64,000 nucleotides of DNA from Planctomycetota bacterium (GCA_965223545.1 OZ245006.1:8001703-8065702), one strand, 5' to 3'. Shown: positions 10,107 through 20,449, counted from the stretch's first letter. Made by a program: numbers and translations. Notes: generated by a model from the sequence alone, not told the origin.

Positions 10107-11609
10107 TCAGGACTCTTCCACAAGACCAGGGAAGTGTTCTTGCATGAGATCACCGATCGGGTGAGGTTGACGTGGGGATTCCACGGCCAGGCCTGTGGCG
10201 TCCATTGGGCGGCCACTCAAGTCCCTCGTCGTCGGAGTCCCCACTCGTCCCTGTCGCCGTTGGTCGCGCTCATGCCGCTGTGGCGCGACGATGCTGCGCG
10301 TGAACTTGGCTGCGATGAGCGCGCGCGCGGCAACCTTCGTGAGCTCGTTGCCGTCGGCGTCTCGCAGGACGTAGCGGACTTGCGTCGACGCCGGCTTGTC
10401 ATCGGCGCGCTGGCTGTCGCGACGCTTCAGGAGGGCGTAGACGCGGCGCGCCATCTTGCCAGCCAATGCGATGAGGATGAGGTTGTGGTGATCACCTGCG
10501 GCGTAGCGGCGAGCGTAGTACGCCGCGAAATCCGGATCCCACTGGCGAGCGACGTCAGCTGCTAGGTAGAGGTACTTCTTGAGTACTCGTTGGCCGGTTT
10601 TGGTGATTGGCATCGAGGGGTCGCTCATGCCCGTCTGCTTCCGGCGTGGACACAGTCCGCAGTAGCTCACGAACTTCTTGCCGTTCGAGAACCGCGCGAT
10701 GTCGCCTACCAAGGCTTCGATGGCCGCAGCGATCGTGGGACCGACGCCGCGCAGTTGCTCGAGTGTTCGGTCAGGATCGACGCCCAGGTAGAGCTTCTTG
10801 ATCTTTGCGTCGAGCTTGCGAACGTCCGTGTTCTTGCGCTCGATCTCATCCAGCTCGTACACCACATCCTCTTGGATGGCCTCGTAGTCGAACGGCATCT
10901 GCCCCGCAGCTCGCAGCTCAGCGTAGTACTCGGCGGCCTGTCGGCAGGACTCGAGCACGCGGTCGACCAAGCACGGGTCATGCGTTCCCTTGGATCGCTT
11001 CGTCAAGAAGCGCTCCAAGCGACTCTTCCCAAGGCCGACCGCTTTCACCGGATCGACGTAGCGCCGCAGAAACCCCATCTTAGCGGCACTGAACTTCTCT
11101 GCCCCCAAGGCCTTCATGAGGCTGGGATTCGCCAGTACCAGTATCGCGTGCACACGACGCTTGTGGTCGCTGAGCTCGCGCGCCAACCGCTCACGCCGCT
11201 TCACGAGTCGACGGATCGTCGTCTCGTCGGCAGTTGGAACACGCAGCTGGTGGACGCCCTTTGGATCCATCTGCGGCAGACGCGCAGCGGCCTCGGCGTC
11301 TACTACGTCGGTTTTGGTGTGCTTGCTATAGAACTTCCGCAGGTCGCTCAGCTTCTGTGGTTTGCTCACGTAGATCTGGAACCCTGCGGCGTTCACGTGC
11401 GCCGCGATGGGCAGCCACGCCAACCCCGTTGGTTCCATCACGAAGCTCACCGGACCCTCGGCACCTTCCTGTGCACGGCGCAGCAGAAGGTCAATACCCT
11501 CACGGCTGTTCTCGACTGAAAACGGTCTGCCCCGAGACTTCGCACCATCCAGAACGACGGCTCGGTGCTTGCTCCTCAAGCCGAGATCCAATCCAACGAA
11601 TCGATTCAT
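10107..11609 (-). CDS. IS110-family DEDD recombinase (500 aa)
   Basis: VGLDLG, MEPTG, KTDVVDA (DEDD); LRGVGPTIAAAIEALVGDIARF, YCGLCP, IALAGKMAR. Confidence 0.95.
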   Translation of the reverse strand: MNRFVGLDLGLRSKHRAVVLDGAKSRGRPFSVENSREGIDLLLRRAQEGAEGPVSFVMEPTGLAWLPIAAHVNAAGFQIYVSKPQKLSDLRKFYSKHTKTDVVDAEAAARLPQMDPKGVHQLRVPTADETTIRRLVKRRERLARELSDHKRRVHAILVLANPSLMKALGAEKFSAAKMGFLRRYVDPVKAVGLGKSRLERFLTKRSKGTHDPCLVDRVLESCRQAAEYYAELRAAGQMPFDYEAIQEDVVYELDEIERKNTDVRKLDAKIKKLYLGVDPDRTLEQLRGVGPTIAAAIEALVGDIARFSNGKKFVSYCGLCPRRKQTGMSDPSMPITKTGQRVLKKYLYLAADVARQWDPDFAAYYARRYAAGDHHNLILIALAGKMARRVYALLKRRDSQRADDKPASTQVRYVLRDADGNELTKVAARALIAAKFTRSIVAPQRHERDQRRQGRVGTPTTRDLSGRPMDATGLAVESPRQPHPIGDLMQEHFPGLVEES

Positions 11610-11983
11610 GTCCCCTCCATGTTCAACGAGTGAGTGTCGACGAGAGGACTCTCCCTACCCGCGCAGTCCGCCTGAGGAGGCGAGTCGCCAAAACGGTTCG
11701 TGTTTCGGGGCCGTGATTTCTCACGCCGCCAATCTCCTAAATCGGGTCCCCCACGCGGGAGGAGAGTCGCAGAACCAAATGAGGGGCCGCTCGAAGCGCC
11801 ACCATTGCGGCAGATCGCGAAACCTCTCCGTCGCACGCCGGGGGACCCTAAGCTCTCTTGCGGCCGATGACCAGACTCCCGACACGACTCCTGCGGCTGC
11901 ACCATCGCGCGAGTCTTCCACACCGCTACGGCGCGACGGGTGTGGAGAACTCTAGCTTCGCAGATCATGGAACCACACATACC
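11610..11983 (-). ncRNA. Candidate IS110 bridge RNA region, copy 1
   Basis: Same sequence as 48245-48618; stem-loops carrying target- and donor-matching segments. Confidence 0.7.
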
Positions 11984-12494
11984 GTTGCGGCCCCGGCCGC
12001 GCTGAGCCTCCGGCGCCTCGAATCTTCGAGCTGCGACAACATTTTCTAGGCGACGCCGCTGCCATGGCAAAGTCGCCGCCGCGCCGGAGGCTCGGAGAGA
12101 CAGTGCCTCCTGGCTCAGCGCGGCGGCGGATTGGTCGGACCTTCCAAACCGCTCCGGCGAGAGCGGCATCCGAGTTTGGTTGCGGCCGTGGCCGCGCTGA
12201 GCCTCAGGGTCCGCAAATCTTCGCGCGGCGACAACCTTTCGGAAGGCTCGATGCCGCTGGAACTTCGACAACGCAGCTCCCGGAGGCTCGAAGACAACAC
12301 TGGCCTCTGGGCTCAGCGCGGCCGCCGGCGACCGCGGGACCCGCGACCGACGCTCGGGTCGCGGAACGCTCCGTGTTTGGTTGCGGCCTCGACCGCGCTG
12401 AGGGGCGGCGTCCGCGAATGAAGAGAGTGGCCGAGAGCGCGAGCGGCGAATGAGTATCCGATTGTCACGCCGCGGTCGATCGTTCGACGCGCGG

Positions 12495-15368
12495 TTAGGC
12501 GCCGCCACCGGCACCGATGAACGTGGGCGCGGCCCAGGCGGACTCGTCGCCAGTATCATTGGAGATGGCGTGAGTCTCGAGCAGAAGATCCACCGTCTTG
12601 CCGGCCCACGGAGAGAGGTCTGCGAAGCGGATGGCCCACTCGTTCGCGCGGTACTCCTCGCTGAACACCGGAACGAGCTCGCGAGTCTCGTGGTCGCGGA
12701 GCAGCACGCGGAAGCGCACGCCGTCCGCGGATGCGTTGCCATCAACGATGCCCATGCCGAAGCGCAGCTTCAGTTCCGCGTCATTGGGAAGGGTCAATCG
12801 ACGGTAGCGCCCCGTCTTGATCTGCCCCATCAAGCGAGAGGCTGGTGCGACGATCGCTGACCGGGCGACCCCACCGCAGGTGACGGTGGCGGGGTAGAAG
12901 TTGCCGGCGTAGCCAAAGTCCTCGTAGTTCGTGTTGTTCGCGTCGGGATCGTTGCCATAGACGACCAGGCGCGAGTCGGCGCTGCCGTTGCCGAACGCTT
13001 GAGGGATGATCAGGTCAAGTCGAGCACCTAGAGGCGGCGCAACTGGTAGGAGCGCGAGCGCGGGCCGCGGTGTACTCCGTTTGGCAACCAAGAGGTCCTT
13101 CATGGCGGTCGTGAAGTGGTTGTTGCCGAACAAGGTCAGCTCCAGCACGCTCGCCCAGCGATCGACGTGGCCGACCGGGTGGTAGCGCAGGCCCGTGATC
13201 GTGCCGGAGTAGTTCACCGGGTCTTCGCGGCTGAGGTCGATGCCCCACCAGTGTGTGGCATCGGTGCCGTAGCGCATCCAATTGGGTTTGACCACCTGAT
13301 GCCACTGCCCACCCGCTTGGAATTCCACGCGCATGTCGAATTGCACGTCTGGGCTGCCGTCATCGAACGCGATCGTGTTCACGCCCAGGCACGGGTAGTC
13401 TTCGGCCTGGTAGGAGAACGATGGGCCGTTGGCCCCTGGCCACTCGAGGTATGACGCGTTGGCCGTCGTCGCCTGCCACGTGCCGCCCTTGGGAATCAAG
13501 TTCACGGGCGTCCAATCCTCCAAGCTCGTCGGGTGCTGGAGCAGGAGCGTGATCGGATCCCGCGTCCAGTAATGGGTGTAGACGTCTGCGGCCGGGTGAG
13601 ACGGGCTGCCCCAGGAATGCATCCAAAGGACCTGCGCTCGCCTCGCCCACGCCTTGTCGAGGATCAGTTGGATCTCCGACAGCGTTGCGCCGACTGGTGC
13701 GTAGGGAGTCGACACCTGAACCCACGGGTTGTACTCCGGCGCCCCCCAAGCCTCATCGCGACGCGCGAGGTTCTCGTAGTACGCGTTCTTCTTTCCACCG
13801 CTGATACCCATCACGCCGAACTTCTGATACTGGGTGATCCCAATGTAGCCGCGGGAGCTCTCGAGGTGCGTCCAGTCGTCGAGCCACTGCTGGTTCTTTC
13901 CGTTTACACGATTGGGGTGATACGAGCCATTTGCCAACGTCTGGTGCGTAAAGATGCGGGACGGCGGCACGCCGGCCTCGACCGCCGTGTCGACGAGCTC
14001 CTCCAAGAACTCGTCGAGCACCCGGGTCTGAAAATTGCACCACTCCTGCCAGTAGGCGCTTCGTGGTGAGGTCAAAGAAAGCGGATAGTCGCGCGGCGCG
14101 TCGACGTCCTCCCAGGTCGTGGGTAGTGTGTGCACGTGACCGAAGCCGCCAGATGCCAGGTAGTCCGCGCCGAAGTCATCCCAGAATGCGTTCAAGTCCC
14201 CCGCATAGCGATCACGCAGGTAGTACGCGAACTCTCGGACCATCGCTGGGTGATAGTCTTCGAAGAACGGACGTGGCAGGGGTGGTCCGCTTAGGCTTGG
14301 CAGGTTGTAGGTGTCGTTCCGATGAGACGGATTTGAGATCTCCGGGTCGATGGCAACCGCAACGAAGCGTCCCGCGTAGCGTGGGTCATTACCGATGGCG
14401 ACCAACTGCTCGATCGCGTCCGCAAGATTCCTCATGAGGAGGTCCCGATACGGGAGCGGGCTCATCCCCATCGCCACTGCGAGGTCCGAGTCCGCCAGGG
14501 TCGGAGTGGCGAACGAGAAACTTCCCCACGTCGCCCCCGAGGGCACTAGCTGCGAGGGGTCGTTGGCTGGGTAGGTAGAACCGTTACCTAGGTTGACATT
14601 GCAGAGATCCGACACATCCCACATACACTGGTCTGCACCACGGCTCTCTGTGTAGGCGTCCAAGTCCGTCTCTCTGGGGAAATAGACGACCGGCGAGAGC
14701 CCGGGTATCGCGCCATCGAACAAGCCACCGTGGCTCACCGACGTCTGGAGCTGGAAGGAGATGGGCATGTTCAGGTAGCGAGCCCACTCGATCGCCGCGA
14801 TCGTGCGCGGAAACTTGGCCAGAGTCGCCCAGTCGGCCAGGTCATCGTCCGGGCTGTTCGAGTCCAAGCCGAACCGTACCACGTCCGGGAGTTCGCCAAT
14901 GGACAGCACATCCGGGGGCAGAGGCATCGAGTTCGACGATCGCCCCCGGTTGATGTAATATCGCATGTGCTTCGTTGGGTCCGTGAGGTCTGGGCCTTCG
15001 GTGTCGGCGGAGTAGTACACCTGCACCGACAGCCCGACCTTCGTGTGTTGACCACCTCCCATCAGGGTCGGGTCACTGGCATGCTCGTAGGCGGTATCTC
15101 CTCCGCCGATCATTGAATACAGCATGGGACCGGCCAGTACTGCGTCACCGCCGGGTGTTACGAAGAGCGTGTCGGAGTACTCCGCCTCGGGCGTCCATGC
15201 GGGGCCGGGCTGAGCGTGGAGAGTGCTAGGCCATCCGAGGCCGCCCGCCGTGAGGGCCGCGGCCAATGCTGGCCCTACACGCCTTGGCCTGAGGGGTGAC
15301 CGGCTGACACGTGGGTTCAGGGCCGGACAGCCCCATTGAAGAGACGGGCGGGGACGAGCGGCATGCAT
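12495..15368 (-). CDS. Large secreted protein, probable glycoside hydrolase-like TIM barrel plus carbohydrate-binding-like C-terminal domain
   Basis: 957-aa ORF with signal region ending ..TLHA; AYWQEWCNF, IFTHQ, WGAPEYNP; C-terminal GIVDGNASADGVRFRV...DLSPWAGKTVDL; visibly lower GC; start uncertain. Confidence 0.65.
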   Translation of the reverse strand: MHAARPRPSLQWGCPALNPRVSRSPLRPRRVGPALAAALTAGGLGWPSTLHAQPGPAWTPEAEYSDTLFVTPGGDAVLAGPMLYSMIGGGDTAYEHASDPTLMGGGQHTKVGLSVQVYYSADTEGPDLTDPTKHMRYYINRGRSSNSMPLPPDVLSIGELPDVVRFGLDSNSPDDDLADWATLAKFPRTIAAIEWARYLNMPISFQLQTSVSHGGLFDGAIPGLSPVVYFPRETDLDAYTESRGADQCMWDVSDLCNVNLGNGSTYPANDPSQLVPSGATWGSFSFATPTLADSDLAVAMGMSPLPYRDLLMRNLADAIEQLVAIGNDPRYAGRFVAVAIDPEISNPSHRNDTYNLPSLSGPPLPRPFFEDYHPAMVREFAYYLRDRYAGDLNAFWDDFGADYLASGGFGHVHTLPTTWEDVDAPRDYPLSLTSPRSAYWQEWCNFQTRVLDEFLEELVDTAVEAGVPPSRIFTHQTLANGSYHPNRVNGKNQQWLDDWTHLESSRGYIGITQYQKFGVMGISGGKKNAYYENLARRDEAWGAPEYNPWVQVSTPYAPVGATLSEIQLILDKAWARRAQVLWMHSWGSPSHPAADVYTHYWTRDPITLLLQHPTSLEDWTPVNLIPKGGTWQATTANASYLEWPGANGPSFSYQAEDYPCLGVNTIAFDDGSPDVQFDMRVEFQAGGQWHQVVKPNWMRYGTDATHWWGIDLSREDPVNYSGTITGLRYHPVGHVDRWASVLELTLFGNNHFTTAMKDLLVAKRSTPRPALALLPVAPPLGARLDLIIPQAFGNGSADSRLVVYGNDPDANNTNYEDFGYAGNFYPATVTCGGVARSAIVAPASRLMGQIKTGRYRRLTLPNDAELKLRFGMGIVDGNASADGVRFRVLLRDHETRELVPVFSEEYRANEWAIRFADLSPWAGKTVDLLLETHAISNDTGDESAWAAPTFIGAGGGA

Positions 15369-15604
15369 ATCGGCTCCGAGCGGAATGAGAATGTTCTCGT
15401 GTTCCGAGGAACCGTCCGGGGGGAGGACCGCGGTTGAAGAAATCGAGTTCTCCTAGACGTGCTGCGATATCGCCCAGAAGAAATCGACCGCAACACAGGA
15501 GGATCGTACCCATCAACTGCGCCGCCGAACAAAAGTGGACGCGCGGTGACTGCATTCTCGAGTCCCGGGACGGCGCCCGGCCCCGGCTCTGCCCGAACCA
15601 CGCC

Positions 15605-17506
15605 CTACAAGATGTCCAACACGCCCGACGCCCCGTTGCTGAGCGTCCCGACCATCGCGCGGTAGTTCATGTCGCGCGCGATCGCGGCGTTCCACGGAAG
15701 CCAGTCGTGGTCGGCGATCATGCCGATCGAGGCCACCGCGAAGGCGCGCAGCAGCTTGGGCATCTTCTCGGCGCCGACGACCTTCAGCAGCGGCTCGACG
15801 CTGTGGTCGTCGCCGATCCAGCCCAAGGCGCTGGCGGCGGCCGCGAGCGTGATGCTCTGGTGGTCGGTGCGGCGCAGCATCGGGTGCAGGACCTCGGCGG
15901 CGCCGCGCTCTTGCAGGCGGGCGAGCGCGACCGCGGCTTGCGCCATGAGCACCGGGCGCCGGCGCGCGTCCCGCAGGATGTCGACCATCAGCGGGATCGC
16001 GTGGCGGTCGTCCATGAGCGCGAGGCCGACGCAGAGGTAGCCGGCGAGCTCCTGCTGGTTGCGGTACTTCTTGAGCATCGTCCGCAGCTGCTCGGCGGCG
16101 CTGCGGTGCCCGGCCAGGCCCAGGGCCACCGCGTGCGCGCTGAGATCCTCGGGATTGCGAGTGGTGTCGAGGCCGTCGACCAACAAAGTGCCGACCCGTT
16201 GGGCGACCGATGGCCCCTGCTGGCCGGTCACCTCGGGGGCGTGGTGGGCGAGCAGGCCGAGGGCGAGCGCGGCCCACGAGCGGTCGGCCCCTTTGGAATC
16301 TCGCCACAGCGCGGTCAGCGCCTGCAGGTTGGCCTCGCCGCCGATCTGGCCCAGCGCCAGGGTCGAGAAGTAGCGCACCTGCACGTCGCGGTGCTGGTCG
16401 ATGGCGCGGCGCAGCGCGGTGGCGTAGACCGCGTCGGCATCGCGCTCTTCGCGCGGCGCGACCATGACCCCGAGCGCGAGCGCTGCCGACTGGGCCAGGG
16501 TCGCGTTGCGCCGGTCGCGGCCGAGCAGCGCTTCGGCCAGGCCGCGCTTGACGCGGTGGTGGTCGTCGGTGTCACCGCGGCCGAGGATGCGCGCCAGCGC
16601 CGGCGCGACGTGCGCCTGGATGACTTGGCGGCCGACGCCGAGGTCGAGCCGCAGGTAGTCCTCGAGCGCCGCCAGGCAGCGCCAAGCCAAGCGCACGTGG
16701 CGCGGACCCTTCTCCGGGCTGGGATCGACCAGCCGGATCGCGTTGATCACCGCCACCAGCACGTCGCGGTCGTCCTCGCGGCCGTCGGCGAGCAGCGGCA
16801 CCAAAGCCTCGAACACCTGGTTCTTGACGGTCAGATCGGGCGTCCCGGTGGCGATCACGCCGAGCCCGTAGGCGGCGAACGCCCGAGTGCGGTCGTCGAC
16901 CCTCTCCTGCTGCATCAGACGGTGGCCGTCGCTGGTGTCGTGCAGCAGGCTCTGCAGCAGTGGAATCGCGTCGGTGCGCTGGGCGATGCCGAGCGCCAGC
17001 GCGGCGGTCTCGCGGATCTCCTGATCGCCCCGCCGCAGTTGCTTGCTGAGCAGCGGCAGGATCTGGAAATCCTCGTGGTCGATGCCGATCTTGGCCAGTG
17101 CCACCATGCAGGACGAGGTGATATCCCGGTTCGAGGTCGTGCGCATCAGCCGGCGCAGCGCGGGCAGGATCGCGTTGCGCTTGTGGTCGAGCGTGACCGG
17201 CAGCCCGCTCGGCAGCTCGATCCCGCCCTCGGTGACGCCGCCTTCGCCGGGACGGCGGCGGAGGTAGGCGTCCTTGTTGAACTCCCACCACAGCTGCCAG
17301 CGCGTGCGGTCGGTGCTGCCGCTCGCCCCCGTGGTGCGCGACCCCGGGCCGCCGGTCGTGGGACCGCCGGGCGTGGTCGGGCCCGGCACCGAGGGCAGGG
17401 GCCCGCGATACGCCCCGCCGTGCGCGGGCAGGGTCGCCGCAAGGAGTGTCGCCCCAAGGAGACACACCGCGAGGCTAGTCGAGAACGGTTTGAACCTGGC
17501 GATCAT
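15605..17506 (-). CDS. Exported HEAT-repeat protein
   Basis: Signal peptide then HGGAYRGP, WQLWWEFNKD and repeated AALALG helices. Confidence 0.85.
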   Translation of the reverse strand: MIARFKPFSTSLAVCLLGATLLAATLPAHGGAYRGPLPSVPGPTTPGGPTTGGPGSRTTGASGSTDRTRWQLWWEFNKDAYLRRRPGEGGVTEGGIELPSGLPVTLDHKRNAILPALRRLMRTTSNRDITSSCMVALAKIGIDHEDFQILPLLSKQLRRGDQEIRETAALALGIAQRTDAIPLLQSLLHDTSDGHRLMQQERVDDRTRAFAAYGLGVIATGTPDLTVKNQVFEALVPLLADGREDDRDVLVAVINAIRLVDPSPEKGPRHVRLAWRCLAALEDYLRLDLGVGRQVIQAHVAPALARILGRGDTDDHHRVKRGLAEALLGRDRRNATLAQSAALALGVMVAPREERDADAVYATALRRAIDQHRDVQVRYFSTLALGQIGGEANLQALTALWRDSKGADRSWAALALGLLAHHAPEVTGQQGPSVAQRVGTLLVDGLDTTRNPEDLSAHAVALGLAGHRSAAEQLRTMLKKYRNQQELAGYLCVGLALMDDRHAIPLMVDILRDARRRPVLMAQAAVALARLQERGAAEVLHPMLRRTDHQSITLAAAASALGWIGDDHSVEPLLKVVGAEKMPKLLRAFAVASIGMIADHDWLPWNAAIARDMNYRAMVGTLSNGASGVLDIL

Positions 17507-17666
17507 CGGCATCCGCGCATCCAACGGCATTGTCGGCCGAGTCAGGCCGGCGTCGGGCGGCGCCGGCGGCTGCGAGTCGCAGCGAAGATCATACCAACGC
17601 CGTCCCGCCCGACGGACCGGGTCGGGAAGAAGCGGGGACACTCCTCGCCACAAGCCGTAGAGCACG

Positions 17667-18116
17667 ATGAGCAAGCCGAGCCAACCCCAAGACCGCTTCT
17701 CCTTCAGCACCGAGGTTCGCGTGCGGCTGCCGGAGACCGATGCGATGGGCATCGTCTTCCACGGCACCTACTTCACCTATCTCGAGGTCGGGCGCGTCGA
17801 TTATCTCCTCAACCTCGGCCTGACCGAGGGCAACCGGCCGATCCGCGACTTCGACAACGTGGTGGTCTCGGCGCACTTGGACTTCGCCCGGCCGGCGCGG
17901 CTGCACGATGTCGTCGCCATCGACGTGTGCACCCGCGCGATCGGCAACGCGTCGTTCACCTTCGGCTTTCGCCTGCGGCACAAGCGGAGCAACGAGACCA
18001 TCGCCACCGGCCACACCACGCACTGCGCGGTCGACCCCGAGCTGCGACCGATGCGGGTGCCCGAGTCGTTCCGCGAGACCATCGCTCGCTTCGAGCAGTG
18101 GCGGCCCCAGGCGTAG
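17667..18116 (+). CDS. Acyl-CoA thioesterase (YbgC/4HBT hot-dog fold)
   Basis: VRVRLPETDAMGIVFHGTYFTYLEVGR. Confidence 0.9.
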   Translation: MSKPSQPQDRFSFSTEVRVRLPETDAMGIVFHGTYFTYLEVGRVDYLLNLGLTEGNRPIRDFDNVVVSAHLDFARPARLHDVVAIDVCTRAIGNASFTFGFRLRHKRSNETIATGHTTHCAVDPELRPMRVPESFRETIARFEQWRPQA

Positions 18117-18739
18117 CCGCGCGCGGGCCGGACGACGGCGCGCTGAAGGCCTCGGCGCTGCTGTTGCGCGGGCTGCGGGTCGGCGAGCGCGCGTCGCTGC
18201 TGGCCGCGATGCGAGGCAGCGTGCTGCGTCTCGGTTTGGATGCCCCCGACAGCTTCGATTCGGCCGGCGTGGTTCCGCTCGCGGCCCTTGGGGCGCGGAC
18301 CGTGGTTTCGGCGGCACTCGGTGCGGCGGAATCCGAGGGCGGCGTCGGTCCGGATCTGCGCGTCGATGGCGAGCGGTTGCCGTTGGCCAGTGGCACGGTC
18401 GACCTCGTCGTGCTGGGGCCGGCGGCTTGTGCCGACCCGATCCTCCGCGCGTTGCCGCGCATCCTGCGGGCCCCCGGCTTCGCGGTCGCTGTCGTGCCGG
18501 CGGGGGCCGGGTTGGCCGCTGGAATGCGCGCGGCGCGCGAGTGGTTCTTCGAGGGGCGGGTGCGGCCACGGCCGGCAGCGGCCGCCATGGCGCGCGGTGC
18601 GCTGCGGCGTCGGTTCGAGGCCGCCGGCATGCAGGTCCGCCGCTTGGCCGAGGCGCGGGCCGCGGGCGAACGCGTGTGGCACTGCCTGGCGGTCGTCGCG
18701 GACTCATCCGCCGACGAGCGCATGCCGCGCTCGCTCTGA
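18098..18739 (+). CDS. Divergent class I SAM-methyltransferase-like protein
   Basis: RVDGERLPLASGTVDLVV and RILRAPG resemble Methyltransf_11 motifs; motif I degenerate; start uncertain. Confidence 0.5.
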   Translation: MAAPGVAARGPDDGALKASALLLRGLRVGERASLLAAMRGSVLRLGLDAPDSFDSAGVVPLAALGARTVVSAALGAAESEGGVGPDLRVDGERLPLASGTVDLVVLGPAACADPILRALPRILRAPGFAVAVVPAGAGLAAGMRAAREWFFEGRVRPRPAAAAMARGALRRRFEAAGMQVRRLAEARAAGERVWHCLAVVADSSADERMPRSL

Positions 18740-18813
18740 CGTCGGGCGGCGGGTCTCCCCCGAACAGCGGGGGTACTTTGCCGGTCGCCTGTTTATGGTG
18801 CTGCCAGGGCGGT

Positions 18814-20436
18814 ATGCAGCACGAGAACAGAACCGAGTACGAGCGCGGTCGCCTCGCTGCAGCCCGCGCGCGTGGTCCCGCCGCCAAGCTCGCCACCTAT
18901 GCCGCGCTGTCCGGGCCCGGCTGGCTGCAGAGCGCGATCACTCTCGGGGGCGGTTCGCTCGCCGGCAGCCTCTACCTCGGCGTGCTCGGCGGCACCTCGC
19001 TGCTCTGGCTGCAGCCGTTGGCGATGGCGATCGGCGTGGTGATGCTCAGCGCCATCAGCCATGTCACCTTGTCGACCGGCGAGCCGCCGTTCCGCGCCAT
19101 CAACCGCCACGTCAACCCGGTGCTCGGTTGGGGGTGGGCGCTCGCGTCCCTCGTCGCCAGCATCGTCTGGTGTCTGCCGCAGTTCTCGCTGGGCACGGCC
19201 GCCGTGCAGCAAAACCTCCTGCCGGGGTTGCCGGCGGATCGAGGTGCGGCGATCGCGTGCGCGCTGATTCTGGTCGCGGCCGTGTCCGTGGTCTGGATGT
19301 ACGACCGCGGCAGCCGCGGCATCAAGGCGTTCGAGCTGGTGCTCAAGGCGATGGTGGGGCTGATCGTGGTCAGCTTCTTCGGCGTGGTCGTCGTCCTGGC
19401 GCAGCGCGGTGGCCTCGATTGGCCGGCAGTCGCGGCCGGCTTCGTGCCGGACCCGTCCCTGCTGTGGGCACCGGCGGCGTCACTGCGCGAGATGCTCGCG
19501 GCGGTGCCGGAGCCGGCGCGCGGCCACTGGCAGGCGGTCGTGGTCAGCGATCAGCGACAGGTGATGGTCACCGCCGCGGCGACCGCGGTGGGCATCAACA
19601 TGACCTTCTTGCTGCCCTATTCGATGCGGGCGCGCGGCTGGGACCGCGAGTTTCGCGGGCTGGCGGTGTTCGACCTCGCCACCGGTCTGTTCCTGCCGTT
19701 CGTCTTGGCGACCAGCTGTGTGGTGCTCGCCGCGGGCGCGCGGTTCCACGCCCAGCCCGACGACGCCCTGCTCGCGCGGCAGACCCCGTCCTCGAGCGCG
19801 GCGGCGAGCTACGACCGGCTGCTGGCGGCCCGACTCGGCGTCGCCGACGCCACGCCGGCGCAGCTCGACGCCCTGCCAGAGGCCGAGCGCCGGCTGGCCT
19901 CGGTCTTGGTGCGCCGGGACGCGTTCGACCTGGCGACCGCCCTGACACCGCTGACCGGCGCGGGCGTGGCGCGGACCGTGTTCGGCATCGGCGTGTTGGC
20001 AATGGCGATCTCGACCGTCATCGTGCTGATGTTGATCGCCGGCTTTTGCATCTGCGAGATGCTGGGCATCGAGCCGCGCGGTCGGCCGCGGCGGTGGGCC
20101 AGCATGGTGCCCGCGGTGGGAGTGCTGGGGCCGTTCGTCTGGAGTGGGGATGCGCAGTTCTGGCTCGCGGTGCCGACCTCCGTCTTCGGCTTCACGCTGC
20201 TGCCGATCGCCTATTGGACGTTCTTCTTGATGCTCAACAACGCCCGCTTGTTGGGCGCCGACCGGCCTGTGGGGGCACTGCGCTGGGGGTGGAACGTGGC
20301 GATGCTGGTCGGGCTGGCGCTGGTGTCGGTCGGCGCGGCGTGGGCCGTCTGGAACCAAGCTGGCTGGTTCGGCGCAGGCGCGGCGCTTGCGTTCCTGTGC
20401 GCGGCCGCCGTCGCGCACCGTCGCCGCCCACGTTGA
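18814..20436 (+). CDS. NRAMP-like divalent metal transporter
   Basis: SGPGWLQSAITLGGGSL, AVGINMTFLLPY, many TM segments. Confidence 0.85.
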   Translation: MQHENRTEYERGRLAAARARGPAAKLATYAALSGPGWLQSAITLGGGSLAGSLYLGVLGGTSLLWLQPLAMAIGVVMLSAISHVTLSTGEPPFRAINRHVNPVLGWGWALASLVASIVWCLPQFSLGTAAVQQNLLPGLPADRGAAIACALILVAAVSVVWMYDRGSRGIKAFELVLKAMVGLIVVSFFGVVVVLAQRGGLDWPAVAAGFVPDPSLLWAPAASLREMLAAVPEPARGHWQAVVVSDQRQVMVTAAATAVGINMTFLLPYSMRARGWDREFRGLAVFDLATGLFLPFVLATSCVVLAAGARFHAQPDDALLARQTPSSSAAASYDRLLAARLGVADATPAQLDALPEAERRLASVLVRRDAFDLATALTPLTGAGVARTVFGIGVLAMAISTVIVLMLIAGFCICEMLGIEPRGRPRRWASMVPAVGVLGPFVWSGDAQFWLAVPTSVFGFTLLPIAYWTFFLMLNNARLLGADRPVGALRWGWNVAMLVGLALVSVGAAWAVWNQAGWFGAGAALAFLCAAAVAHRRRPR

Positions 20437-20449
20437 CGCCGTCGCCGCG

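Larger units (their letters stand above)
10044..11983 (-). mobile_element. IS110-family insertion sequence, copy 1 (1940 bp)
   Basis: Reverse complement of 48245-50184; ends defined against empty repeat units (GGCCGCAAC^CAAA). Confidence 0.95.
9861..12402. repeat. REP/BIME-like mosaic array: three ~200-bp tandem units, the first interrupted by IS110
   Basis: TGAG boundaries at 9861, 12003, 12198, 12399 (202 bp after removing the IS, 195, 201); shared AATCTTCG...GCGACAAC...CCGG..GCTC and inverted CTCAGCGC...GCGCTGAG blocks. Confidence 0.85.

Noticed and set aside
9861..12402. CRISPR array
   Set aside because: Period ~200 bp, spacers homologous to each other, no cas genes
11606..12745. 379-aa ORF (and 47864-48622) running into the transposase start
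   Set aside because: Crosses the IS boundary into different flanks in each copy and has no recognisable motifs; a short internal peptide cannot be excluded
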